Numbered from the whole stretch's first letter, positions 37,772-48,259 are shown. The stretch: 62,829 nt of DNA, filler included, from Globobulimina sp. (GCA_003354225.1; 30 parts of 30 records of this genome joined end to end with filler, not necessarily neighbours in it), one strand, 5' to 3'. The notes: a model not told the origin generated them from the letters alone. A program made the numbers and translations.

Positions 37772-38249
37772 ATGACCGATAGGACTTCAATGTTTTGGGA
37801 GAGTAATGCAGAAACTTTATCTCTTCTGCTAAGTTTTCCAAACCGGTTTCCCATTTTTCTTGGGAGGTGGCACCATTTAAGACTTTGCTTTTTAGCTGAT
37901 TCTCGCCAACAGAAAATTGTATTTCTTTTTCTGCTACGTACAATTTTTGATAATTATCAGGGGTTTGACTGTATTTTCTCTTAGACTCATTCATGTTAAA
38001 TAATGAATAATACAATTGTACAGCACCGGAAGCTTGACTTTGCTGGTCAATATTTTGTTTTTTCATACGCAGTTTTTTAATAAAATGCGGTAGGGAACTA
38101 CGATGTCTTTTTTCAAAACCATATTTCTGGCAGAAATCGATATAAAATCGTAACCATTTTAAATACTGGGCCTGCTCTTTTGGAGAGATTGCCTGATTTT
38201 TCAATAATAAGGAATATTCTTTTTTTAAAGCGGGTTCAATTGGAAGCAT
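37772..38249 (-). CDS. intI: Bacterial integron integrase, N-terminal part (3' truncated by contig end)
   Basis: Two SAM-like N-terminal segments: YLKWLRFYIDFC and EEIKFLHYSPKTLKSY (cf. IntI 'IR..HYS..TE..Y'); divergent from a cassette array with attC-like sites. Catalytic domain not in the window. Confidence 0.78.
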
Positions 38250-38288
38250 TTGTAGTTATCCGATTAACTGTTTATATACGAATTTTGG

Positions 38289-38318
38289 GTGTTATACTGT
38301 TAAAAAACAGCATAACAC
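38289..38318. promoter_or_regulatory. Inverted repeat upstream of intI (candidate operator)
   Basis: GTGTTATACTGTT-AAAA-AACAGCATAACAC, 13-bp arms with one mismatch. Confidence 0.4.
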
Positions 38319-38374
38319 TATCCAAAATAAGTTGTCAAAAGTAATTTTATTTTGTAAAGATGAATGTTATCTTA

Positions 38375-38425
38375 CTGTTGGAGTTATACAGAAAAAAATT
38401 GTAGAATTACTTGTTAACTGTTTGT
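38375..38425 (+). other. Candidate attI region
   Basis: GTT cores at 38383 (GTTATAC) and 38413 (GTTAACT) between the intI start and the first cassette ATG. Confidence 0.4.
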
Positions 38426-38983
38426 ATGAATAAGAATATGCCAATATCAAAATCGATTGAATATGAAAAATTTACCCAGAAAGTAATGTGCGAATTATTG
38501 GGTGATGGAGTTGAAGTCCATCATCAAAAAACTTATCGTGGCAGAGTTTCACAGCGTGAAATTAAAATTGATGTTTCGTTCAATTGTACTGTTGCGGGAG
38601 CAAATCTATTATTTCTTGTCGAGTGTAAATGTTATAACCATGCTGTTCCTGTAGATGACGTTGAAGAATTTCATTCTAAAATTGATGACATTGGAGCCCA
38701 TAAAGGTATCATGGTTACAACCAAAGGCTACCAAAGTGGAACAATAAAAACAGCAAATGGTCGTGGGATAGCATTAGCTCTATTAACTAAAGAACATCAA
38801 AAGGGCGAAATGGATATGGTCGTGGCATCTCTTGATTCAATAGAAAATCCCCCGATTCATGATAGTTTTGGGCAAGGTAATCTTATGGGTGTTCTCAATA
38901 TATATGAAGGCGGTCTCCGTTTTAACAGTCCCGGTGAATTTCATGGAATGCTAATTATGGATGCCATGCAAAAAGGTGACTGA
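38426..38983 (+). CDS. Gene cassette 1: Mrr-cat-like PD-(D/E)xK restriction endonuclease
   Basis: EYEKF, KIDV, LVECKCY, V..DDVEEF..K, KGIMVTTKGYQSG...A...GIAL. Confidence 0.85.
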   Translation: MNKNMPISKSIEYEKFTQKVMCELLGDGVEVHHQKTYRGRVSQREIKIDVSFNCTVAGANLLFLVECKCYNHAVPVDDVEEFHSKIDDIGAHKGIMVTTKGYQSGTIKTANGRGIALALLTKEHQKGEMDMVVASLDSIENPPIHDSFGQGNLMGVLNIYEGGLRFNSPGEFHGMLIMDAMQKGD

Positions 38984-39075
38984 TAAACAATCATTAGACG
39001 AGACCGAAAGCAATGTAGTCGCCTTTCCCAGGCTGTTTGGCTTGGTGGGTCAGTTCAAACATTTTTATGTTAATG
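38982..39075 (+). other. attC-like site 1 (degenerate)
   Basis: TAAACAAT..GACGAGACC ... GGTGGGTCAGTTCAAAC dyad directly after the stop codon; expected R' GTT reads ATT, with GTTAATG 8 nt later. Confidence 0.55.
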
Positions 39076-39082
39076 AGGAAGT

Positions 39083-39592
39083 ATGGAAAATATAGTAGTA
39101 GCACTCCTTAGCTCAATCAGTAGCGTTAGTCTGGCGGCATTTTTAATTTATTTAGGCCGGAATTGGTTGATAGAGAGGCTAAAAGCTTCAGTTAAGCATG
39201 AATATGACTTGAAACTTGAAAGTTACAAATCGCAAATCACAAGACGTGAGAAAGCATATGAAGAGATAGTTGTAGCTCTATATGACATGATTAAGTACTT
39301 CCGAGTGCATAAAGAGGATTATGGCCAAGGTACTGGGTTGTCAAAAGATAGAGAACGTGAATTACTTCAAAAATATATAGGTGCTTCATCATCATTAAGT
39401 AAGGCTACTGATATAGGTGCTTTCTATATATCTCAGAAAGCAGTGGATATCCTTCAAGAATTAAGAAGCAGGGAACAGTTAGATTACTATAATGAGCCTA
39501 AATTTGATTTCTATGAGCAAGAGTATATAGAACACGATAAAGTATTAAAAAAACTTTTAGATGTGGCCAAACAAGATCTTAAAAGAACATAA
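39083..39592 (+). CDS. Gene cassette 2: hypothetical protein with N-terminal transmembrane helix
   Basis: 169-aa ORF with GAGGAAG RBS; stop overlaps the ACATAAC attC R'' box. Confidence 0.8.
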   Translation: MENIVVALLSSISSVSLAAFLIYLGRNWLIERLKASVKHEYDLKLESYKSQITRREKAYEEIVVALYDMIKYFRVHKEDYGQGTGLSKDRERELLQKYIGASSSLSKATDIGAFYISQKAVDILQELRSREQLDYYNEPKFDFYEQEYIEHDKVLKKLLDVAKQDLKRT

Positions 39593-39655
39593 CAATTCGG
39601 GTGCAGGTGATGCTTTTTGTTGCGCTTCAAGCGCCACTGATCTATAGCGGTCCCT
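39587..39655 (+). other. attC-like site 2 (degenerate R')
   Basis: ACATAACAATTCGGGTGCAGGTGATGC...GCGCCACTGATCTATAGCGGT; typical R''/L''/L' layout, but R' reads GCGGT instead of GCGTT. Confidence 0.7.
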
Positions 39656-39699
39656 CTCTATAAATTATGAACCGATAAAATTAAAAAAAATGAGGAAAG

Positions 39700-39769
39700 A
39701 TGTATATTTCAAAAATTGAAATACAAGATTTTAGAAATTTCCCATTACAGATGGATAAAGATCAAAATG
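39700..39769 (+). CDS. Start of an OLD/AAA_15-type ATP-dependent nuclease or ABC-ATPase (truncated)
   Basis: GAGGAAAG RBS, then MYISKIEIQDFRNF, the typical M.I..I.I.NFR.F N-terminus; only 23 codons visible. Confidence 0.55.
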
Positions 39770-39869
39770 NNNNNNNNNNNNNNNNNNNNNNNNNNNNNNN
39801 NNNNNNNNNNNNNTTAATTAATTAANNNNNNNNNNNNNNNNNNNNNNNNNNNNNNNNNNNNNNNNNNNN

Positions 39870-41576
39870 AATAATAATAATAATGATATTTCATTTAGCG
39901 ATGAACGTGATAACGAGATACAATCGACAGAATATAATACAAATATTTTTGATTCAATATATAATGGCCATTTTAATAAAAATATATTTGCAAAACAAGC
40001 AGGTGCAGTGGAGCAATTTAGATATAAAACATTGGATATGAATGAATTGAAAGAAATTAATGAAGTTGACATACCATTATTGGAGGGAAATAATAATTAC
40101 AACGAAGTAAAATTATGGGCAGAACAATGTGTAGCCAAAATCATAACACCACAAACGTTTTTTAATAAAATGACCATGAAACAATGTGATGCATCATTTA
40201 TTTTGAAATGTGTAACATATAAATCCATTAAAAAAGAAAAACAAATGTTAACAAAAACAGATCAAAGCTTTTACAAGAAATGGGTAATGGATCCGTTTGC
40301 TTTGACATTCGACACTATGTTATTTGCACCACCACCGTTACATTTGTGGATTCCGAAAAGAAATGGTATACCAACAATATTAAATACTTTCAGAGAAAAA
40401 TTATTTTATTCGGTTGTAAAGAGACCATTAGTTTTGAATGTTGATATATCTCACGCTATATTTTTTTTCGAATATGTTATTTGCAGAAAATCAATCCACG
40501 TTTTACGATTTCTTTGTTGTTTTATTTATCATATTATGTTATATCCGGGAATAAATCCCCAAATATGTATCATTTTGTATACATTGGCCAAAGGATCGGG
40601 CAAAGGAACATTTGGTTATATGATTAAAGAAATTATGGGAAGACAATATTTTTTGGAGCAAAGTGGCGAAGAATTTTTCCAATCTAGCTCATTCACTGGC
40701 GATACGGAAATATTATTACGAGTAATTAATGAATCAGGAATGTTATCCGCGAAAAAAGTTGAAGCATTAAAAGCTAAAATAACAAACGAAACAGCACCAG
40801 TCAATAGAAAATATGAGAAATCATATAAGCAAGTGAATGTAACTCGTGGTATTTTTATGATTAATACTAAAAATATGGGTATGTCTGGCCGCAGAGTTTC
40901 ACAATTTCATGTAAATGAAGAATATGCACGAGACAAAAAATTATTTGATTCATTACATCGTATTTTAAATAATCCAGATGCTGTACGAAAAATATGGGGA
41001 TATATTATGAGTAAAGTACATGAAGAAGATAAAAATGAAATGAAAAATGGTACATTTAATTTTCAACATAAGTTTAAGGAACTACCACAAAATGATTATA
41101 GTGATAAAATTGAATATTCAAACGCTCCGATTGCAATTAAATTTTTTATATATCTATGTTATTTTATTTTTGATATAAATGAAGAAAATGATTTATTAAA
41201 ATCAGATCTGAGTAAAACAGTAATCATAACCAGAGGACAAGTTAAAGCATTATTCGGTAAAATATTTATACAATTAGAATCTGGGAAAGTGTCAGATTTT
41301 TGGCGCAACTATGAATATTTTGTGTCAACAATTGAAGATATACAACAATCAGGATGCAAATTTTTTGTAGCACAGAAAAATCAAACTGATAGAGAGTGGT
41401 TTTTTAGTTTTATTGTTTTATTGAAATATGTAAAAAATCAATATCCATCGTTGTTAATGGAATGTTTAAAAAGAAAATCGAATGTTGTTTTGGATTTAGA
41501 ATGTTATACTGTCACATTGAAGGAAGTAAATCAATTAACATCTGGCGTAAGAAATGCATTTAAATACAATGTTTAG
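39870..41576 (+). CDS. Superfamily 3 (D5/NrS-1-like) helicase, probably from a virus or Polinton-like element (5' partial)
   Basis: Walker A LYTLAKGSGKGT, Walker B LRVINE, LKAKIT.....NRKY, motif C FMINT.N, GRR; intronless. Confidence 0.78.
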   Translation, partial: NNNNNDISFSDERDNEIQSTEYNTNIFDSIYNGHFNKNIFAKQAGAVEQFRYKTLDMNELKEINEVDIPLLEGNNNYNEVKLWAEQCVAKIITPQTFFNKMTMKQCDASFILKCVTYKSIKKEKQMLTKTDQSFYKKWVMDPFALTFDTMLFAPPPLHLWIPKRNGIPTILNTFREKLFYSVVKRPLVLNVDISHAIFFFEYVICRKSIHVLRFLCCFIYHIMLYPGINPQICIILYTLAKGSGKGTFGYMIKEIMGRQYFLEQSGEEFFQSSSFTGDTEILLRVINESGMLSAKKVEALKAKITNETAPVNRKYEKSYKQVNVTRGIFMINTKNMGMSGRRVSQFHVNEEYARDKKLFDSLHRILNNPDAVRKIWGYIMSKVHEEDKNEMKNGTFNFQHKFKELPQNDYSDKIEYSNAPIAIKFFIYLCYFIFDINEENDLLKSDLSKTVIITRGQVKALFGKIFIQLESGKVSDFWRNYEYFVSTIEDIQQSGCKFFVAQKNQTDREWFFSFIVLLKYVKNQYPSLLMECLKRKSNVVLDLECYTVTLKEVNQLTSGVRNAFKYNV

Positions 41577-42135
41577 TTATTTAAAATTGGGAGTTGAGTG
41601 TTTCTATTTATTTAATCTTTCAATTTTTAGTTTCTTTGTAGGATTTTGATCAAAAGAAAGAGATTCCAAGTTTGACAAAAGTTTATCGTATTTTCTTTTT
41701 CTTGAGTTTGCGGTTGTTTTCATTTTTGTAATCTTCTTTACTTTGGTTTTTTTTCTCATTTTTGGTACAGATACGCTATCAATTATGCTAAGCAGTTTGT
41801 TTTCTGCTTTATATTTAATTTTTTCAGCAAACTCTTCGTTCATTTTGTCCCAGTTATGATCAATATNNNNNNNNNNNNNNNNNNNNNNNNNNNNNNNNNN
41901 NNNNNNNNNNTTAATTAATTAANNNNNNNNNNNNNNNNNNNNNNNNNNNNNNNNNNNNNNNNNNNNTTTATTTCATGGAAAAGCACCTTTTCTTGGCCTG
42001 GCCAATTTAATTTATGTCCTGGCCAAATTTTTTTTTGTATTTTTCCAATTTTTTGTAATATTTGGGGATTTTTAAACTGCTGAATATAGAAATGTAAATT
42101 ATTTATTATTATTTGATTCTGATTATTAATAATAC

Positions 42136-42924
42136 TTAACACAAAGCAATGGTCGACAACGTAGTCGCAATAACAACAGGCAATACATTATAAAATTTAG
42201 CGTTAACACCGGCAGTGAAATCACATTTTTCCCCGAGTTCCTCTTGAATGTCAAACTCAACATTCTCAACTTGTCCAAATCCAATTTTATCCGCCTTCTT
42301 AGCAAACCACTTTGAACACTCTGTAATGACATCAATAATCTCACTACGTGTCATTCCACGCATTTTATTTAAACTTTGAGTGATGCCGACGCATTCACCA
42401 CATCCTTCAATTCCAAAATAAAATCTATATCCATCGCTATCACACTCATTCGATAAAGGCACTGTTAAATCTTCCATACCATATTTCACAACATTTAAAT
42501 CACAATTTGTTTCTAATATTCTTCGAAAAGAACTTGAATAATCATTAACGTTTTCAGCTCCATTTTCAGTTAAATCACATAAACAATTAACAATCCCATT
42601 CCATAAACCATACCTATTGCCAACAAATGGCTGTTTTGTACAAACGCTAAACGACAAAGTGAAATCTAAAAACGGTTGTTCTATACAACCATCATCCGTA
42701 CAATCCTCATTTGCCAAATTTCCATTATCTCGACATTCTGTTGGAGAGCGTGTTGGCATTTCTGTTGGTGATGCGGTCGCTTGATTGAAAGTTGGTGATT
42801 TCGATGGAGCGGAAGTTGGTTCATCTGTGATTGGAGAGAATGTCTGGTTATTAACGGGTTGTTTTGTTGGCGGAATTGTTGGTGGTGATGTTGGATTTTG
42901 TGTTGTTGGACCATAACTTGGCGA
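42136..42924 (-). pseudogene. 3' half of a mucin-like Pro/Thr-repeat surface protein with Cys-rich domain and GPI-like hydrophobic C-terminus
   Basis: Frame open from 42924 (SPSYGPTTQNPTSPP...) into MPTRSPTECRD...NVLPVVIATTLSTIALC*; continues the ORF at 48260-49014. Confidence 0.78.
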
Positions 42925-42979
42925 CTAAACGCAAGCGTAGCTTTTTTTTTGACCTGGGTACTAAACGCAAGCGTAGCTT
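42924..42979 (-). repeat. 3'-terminal direct repeat of the retrotransposon
   Basis: ACTAAACGCAAGCGTAGCTT at 42924-42943 and 42960-42979, with a short T run (A run on element strand) between. Confidence 0.85.
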
Positions 42980-43963
42980 AATTAAATTATTTCAACAATA
43001 AGGGTATAACATAAGGGTAAAAAACAAAAGATTTTAAACGCTTTGTACACAAAATTATAAACAAATTCATAGCTTTTAAATAGATATATAGCCATAGGAT
43101 AGTGTTTGGACTTTATTCTTATGACTATAAATAAAAATTACTTTGATTTAATTGTTTAATAATATTATATGCTATATTTAATCTTTTTATTACTCCTAAT
43201 TGATATTTTGTAGATGTTGGACTGATGGCTATCCAATCAATTTCTTCATTTTTTGCTTCAATCATTGGACATATATTATTAATTAAATGTTCTGCCCAAT
43301 TATTTATATTTTGATCTGAACATAATTGACATTTTTTATCTTGCTTCCATTCATGCGTATTATTACCTGTTATGAATCTTAATAATTGAGTGGTTTCTTT
43401 ACTGTCAATTTCTTTTAATCCTATAAATGTTTTGATTATTTTTAAATATTGCGTGGTATACGCTTTATATTGTAAATAATCTTCATTTATTTTTAGATCA
43501 AATATGAATTGCATGATATTATTTTTCTCATTTAAAACCTTATTAATCTCAATATTATAATGGAAATTTTCTATTTTTTTAATAAATGTTTTATTTTGCA
43601 GATCTTGTTCAGATAAATTGTAGATATTTTTAATATTTTTTATATCATCGATATAAAAATTATTCTTTTCATTCAATTTAAATGTTCTAATTTGATTTTT
43701 ATTCACCAGTCGTCTTTTTATGATTGATAATTCTTTTTTATTTTTTAATAAGTCATTTTGGGTAATTACCAAATGTTTAATTGTTAAATCTGTTTTTATT
43801 GCATCCATGTATGTTTTTAAGAATAAAACATGATTGATTACATTTAATGGTGGTATTCCAATTAATATATTTTTTATGGATGTTTTTGTTGTAATATAAA
43901 TTCCAAATAATTGACTTATTCCATATGCTATGCATTTTTGGAATTCTTTATTTATTGCTTCTT
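42925..43963 (-). mobile_element. Non-LTR retrotransposon 3' part: ORF C-terminus with CCHC knuckle and 3' UTR
   Basis: CQLC...EHLINNIC; 43845-43963 is the exact reverse complement of 50135-50253 (RT contig) and the frame is continuous to the stop at 43125. Confidence 0.88.
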
Positions 43964-44152
43964 NNNNNNNNNNNNNNNNNNNNNNNNNNNNNNNNNNNNN
44001 NNNNNNNTTAATTAATTAANNNNNNNNNNNNNNNNNNNNNNNNNNNNNNNNNNNNNNNNNNNNAAAAAAATTCTGGTGACATTAAAAAAAAATGAAACAC
44101 AACCAACCAAAAAAAAAGAACAATATATATATATATTTATTATTTAGATGAA

Positions 44153-46060
44153 TCAATCAAAATCCTTTTCTACAGCTTTAATATTTGTTAATTTGTACAT
44201 CGACGCTCTATTTGCTTTACCAAACAAAATATTTGTATCATAGGGATGTTGCGTCAATCCAGGACTCCCAATAAAACCAGCCGGCGACACCGGAGTATTC
44301 ATCATATCATCATCGCTGCCGATCACACCGGGAATGGACGGTCGCGACGCAGACTGTTGCGGCACCCCTAAAAAGCCGTTATTTATATTAATCAGTCGCT
44401 TCGCGCGCCTATCCACCAATTTATTCACCTTTTTTACCCATTTATTGCGCGAAAACTTGTCATTGCACGAAAATCGATGTATCTCTTTATCATTACACAA
44501 CAAAATGGTCAAATCATTGACCTGTCCACATCCATTTATTTCGCTACAAACACAAACATTATAATTCAGTTTAATTCAAACTGCAAAGTATTCATTGTAG
44601 GCAGCTATACCTCATTGGCAACTTAATATCATTTTTCTTCTGCAGCCGATTCACTCTCCGCATGCAATTCGATACATTTATTTCCATCGCAAACTGGTTC
44701 AAAGCAAACGTGCCTTTGGCGTATTTGGCAAACAATTTTTGAAATTGCACGTCGCGCGTTGTCATTTTCTTGACCTGCTCATAAAACGAATCATAATCAT
44801 CCTTATCCTGAAAAAAAAACAGCGTCGGCACCAAAAAATCATGCTGCCGATTCTTGGCAAAATCCGGCTCTTTGTGATTGATGTTGGTCTCCGAAGGCAA
44901 GCCATCCAAAACAAAAAAATATCGCGGCTTTTGGGTGGCTTTCCAGCGCGGAATGAACGAGGAACGGATTATGTTCATATAGCCAAACAAGCGCGGCTTC
45001 AGAGTGTGCGATTTGGTTTTGGTGATTTTCAACACATTGACGGTCTGTCCGCGTCGCGCACTGTCGCCAATGGAGTGGACGGTGGATTTGGTGACATGGC
45101 ATTCGCCTTTTTTTATATTTTGCAACACGGTGTTTTTAGGGTGCTGTTTGTTCCATGTATGCACCAATGAGAACGCTTTGGCCTGCTCCAAGATTTGCGG
45201 CTTTCCACCCCGTGTATCGTCGAAATGTTTGAACATCGCCAATCTCTCTGCGAAATTCCGGCCGCCCATTATCATCTTGTCATCTTTTTTGGCGCCGCGT
45301 TCGATGTAAATCACTCGTTTTAGTGGCTTGGGAATGTTATGTTTGTGGATCATTTCGTTTGTTTGACCCATAGCACCTGCGGCAAATTTTTTTGTTTGGT
45401 TTCAAACCGAGTTACATCCGGATCCGTCATTTTTTTTTTTTCAGTTTGAAACTGAATGGCGAATTGTTACGTAGTTCAGTTTCAAACTAGAAATGGGATT
45501 TATTGCATACCGGTGGCAGATGCAGAAAATTCCATATTTTGAGGTTTTGCGATTTCTTCGCTTTTGGTGATGGACGAAGCAAAATCGTCCATTGGCCCGC
45601 TCAGTTGCGGGGTGTGTGAGGTCTCCGTGGACGACATTGTCAAACCAAGCGATTGCTTTTTAGCTTCCACCTCGATCTTCATCCTCTCGCTGGAAAATGA
45701 CAAATCTTCCTTGGTTTCCATCTGCCGCTCATTCGCTTGCGACATCTGTTTATTTATTTAGATTATCATGGCATTTCTTGATTGTTTGACAGTGTACCTT
45801 TTGTGTGGCCATTTCGAATGCGTTGGTTTTGGCAGTCGAGTCCTGTCCGAATGTCATTTTCATGGTTTGGAATCCTTTGGAGATGTCTTGATATACAATA
45901 TCTTGGCAGTGGCTCTCTTTTATAGTTTCAAACTCAATTTGTTTATTATACTCTTCTTCTTCGGGCTCGGACTCAGACGAAGAGAATGGTCCTGGCGCAT
46001 TGTCGTCTTAATCACTTTCGGTTTCATTCAGCCATTCATCGTCTTCGTACTCATCAACAT
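44153..46060 (-). CDS. PH-domain-containing protein (multi-exon, 5' partial)
   Basis: FGYMNI...W...KPRYFFVL and FSCNDKFSRNKWVKKV (PH C-terminal Trp helix); GT-AG intron 45377-45510. Confidence 0.6.
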
Positions 46061-46205
46061 NNNNNNNNNNNNNNNNNNNNNNNNNNNNNNNNNNNNNNNN
46101 NNNNTTAATTAATTAANNNNNNNNNNNNNNNNNNNNNNNNNNNNNNNNNNNNNNNNNNNNTCCGCAGGAAATCAACAATTCGTCAAATCCGATCTGAATA
46201 GTAAT

Positions 46206-47381
46206 ATGAAATTATTACAACATTTATCGAAACGCAGTTTTAGTAGTTCAAATCCGTCATTAGTTGCGCATGAATTATCAGCAACTATTACACGGTTAGA
46301 TCATGTTGCGTCATCCAATCAATTCTCAAATCGTAAAACATTTCGTGGTCCGTTGAAAGCAGCAATCTTAGATTGGTCTGGCACCACCGTGGATGCACAC
46401 GGTATGCGACTATGCGCTCTGTTGAATCGGATATATATTGTTTATAAATCCGTGTTATGCATCGATCGGAATTACCAAACATAAAATTAATTAATTAAAT
46501 AAATAGTTATAGCACCAGCTGTTGTATTTTATGACGTCTTTGCAAAACATGGGGTACCAATATCTATGAAGCAAGCCCGTCAGCCAATGGGTTTGCGTAA
46601 AGATTTACACATTGCAAAAATATTACAAATACCAGAAGTTAAACAAAATTGGATCGACATTAAAGGACAAGAAGCAACGCAAACCGATGTTGATGAGCTT
46701 TTTAATGATTTTGTACCGATGCAAGTTTCGTTTTTGTTTTTATTTTCATTTTATTATTCGTTTCTGTTTTTATTTTCGATGTTATATAATATTTATATTT
46801 ATATTTAGTTGGATGTCTTGGGTAAATATTCAACATTATTACCAGGTGTAGCTGATAGTATTGATTTAATGAAAGGTAAATACGGATTAAAAATTGGGTC
46901 AACCACTGGATTTACGAAAGTTATGGTAGATATTTTATTGTCCGATGCAGCAAAACAAGGTTATGTGCCGGATTCATCCGTAGCAGGTGATGAGGTAGAA
47001 AATAATTTGGGTTTCCGGCCATCTCCATTTATGTTATATGCTAATTTAGTAAACCTCGGAGTATGGCCAATCGAAAGTGTTGTAAAAGTGGATGATACGA
47101 TAAGCGGTGTTGGTGAAGGATTAAATGCGGGCTGTTGGAGTGTTGCTGTTTATGGATGGAGTAATTACACAGATATTGATTCACTCGAACAATGGGATAA
47201 TATGACCACACAACAACAAAATGAAAGACGGATCATTTCGAAAAATAAATTAATTAATGAATCAGGAGCTCATTATGTCATTGAAAGCATGTCTGATTTG
47301 CCAGTGGTTATTGAGAATATTAATGAGAGATTAAAATTAGGTGAATCACCTATGAATAATGCTATTGAACAATATAAATAA
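46206..47381 (+). CDS. phnX: Phosphonoacetaldehyde hydrolase (phosphonatase), three exons, with mitochondrial-like presequence
   Basis: DWSGTTVD, ARQPMGLRKDLHI (Schiff-base Lys), GSTTGF, RPSPFM, VKVDDT..GVGEGLNAGCW; GT-AG introns 46402-46506 and 46725-46808 restore one frame. Confidence 0.93.
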
Positions 47382-47458
47382 TTGCATGATTTTTTTATCT
47401 GTAAAAAATAAAGTACGTTTCTCCGACAGAACAGAGGTTTTATTTTGTTACTTTGGAA

Positions 47459-48157
47459 ATGGCTCTACAACTTCTTGATGCGCTCTTATCTGTGATCTCA
47501 ACCGTTAATCTCCCCGCGACCGGTTTGGTAGTTGGTAAAAATGATACTGTAGAGTTGAAATCAGATCAACAACATGAATTCAATAATATTGTGATCAAAG
47601 AGAATGGAACTTTAACCACTGAAGGTGGAGGCAAACTGTTCATTAAATGTATCAATGACTTGGTTTTGGAGAACAACGCCTCGATTAATTTGAATTTCTT
47701 GGGATATCCAAGCGATGAAGGAATTGGTGGTGGTACTGATGGAGGCGGAGGCAGTTATAATACACAAGGCGGAGAAGGATGGAATACAGGGAATGCAGGC
47801 AAACTCTATGGGAATCAATTAGATATGGGATCAGGTGGCGGCAAATGGGGTAGTTTTGATGGTGGATCAGGCGGAGGATATATTGATATAGAAATTGGTA
47901 AAAATGGTAAGTTAATATTGAATAAGAATAGCGTTATTTGTGCAAATGGTGGAAATGGAGAAAGTACGGAGTATGTTTATGCGTCAGGTGCAGGGAGTGG
48001 CGGATGTATAAACATAAAATGTGATTCCATCCATTCAATACTGTAAACAGTAAAATTGCATCAATCATTGCTATTGGTGGCAAAGGAGGTGTCGGTAGAT
48101 GTTATGCAGGCGGTGATGGAGGAAGTGGTAAAATACAAATCAATCTCAATCAATCTG
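47459..48157 (+). CDS. Glycine-rich (GGSGG) repeat protein with a frameshift near 48040 (partial)
   Basis: GGGGSY, MGSGGG, GGSGGGYI, GAGSGGCI; another frame continues IIAIGGKGG...GGDGGSGKI after the stop at 48046. Confidence 0.6.
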
Positions 48158-48259
48158 NNNNNNNNNNNNNNNNNNNNNNNNNNNNNNNNNNNNNNNNNNN
48201 NTTAATTAATTAANNNNNNNNNNNNNNNNNNNNNNNNNNNNNNNNNNNNNNNNNNNNAT

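Noticed and set aside
37009-41576. MATH gene, integron and SF3 helicase as one defence island or prophage
   Set aside because: They lie on three unrelated contigs separated by spacers.
46487-46498. TTAATTAATTAA inside phnX intron 1 as a hidden contig join
   Set aside because: No flanking Ns and exons splice in frame across it; chance AT-rich match.
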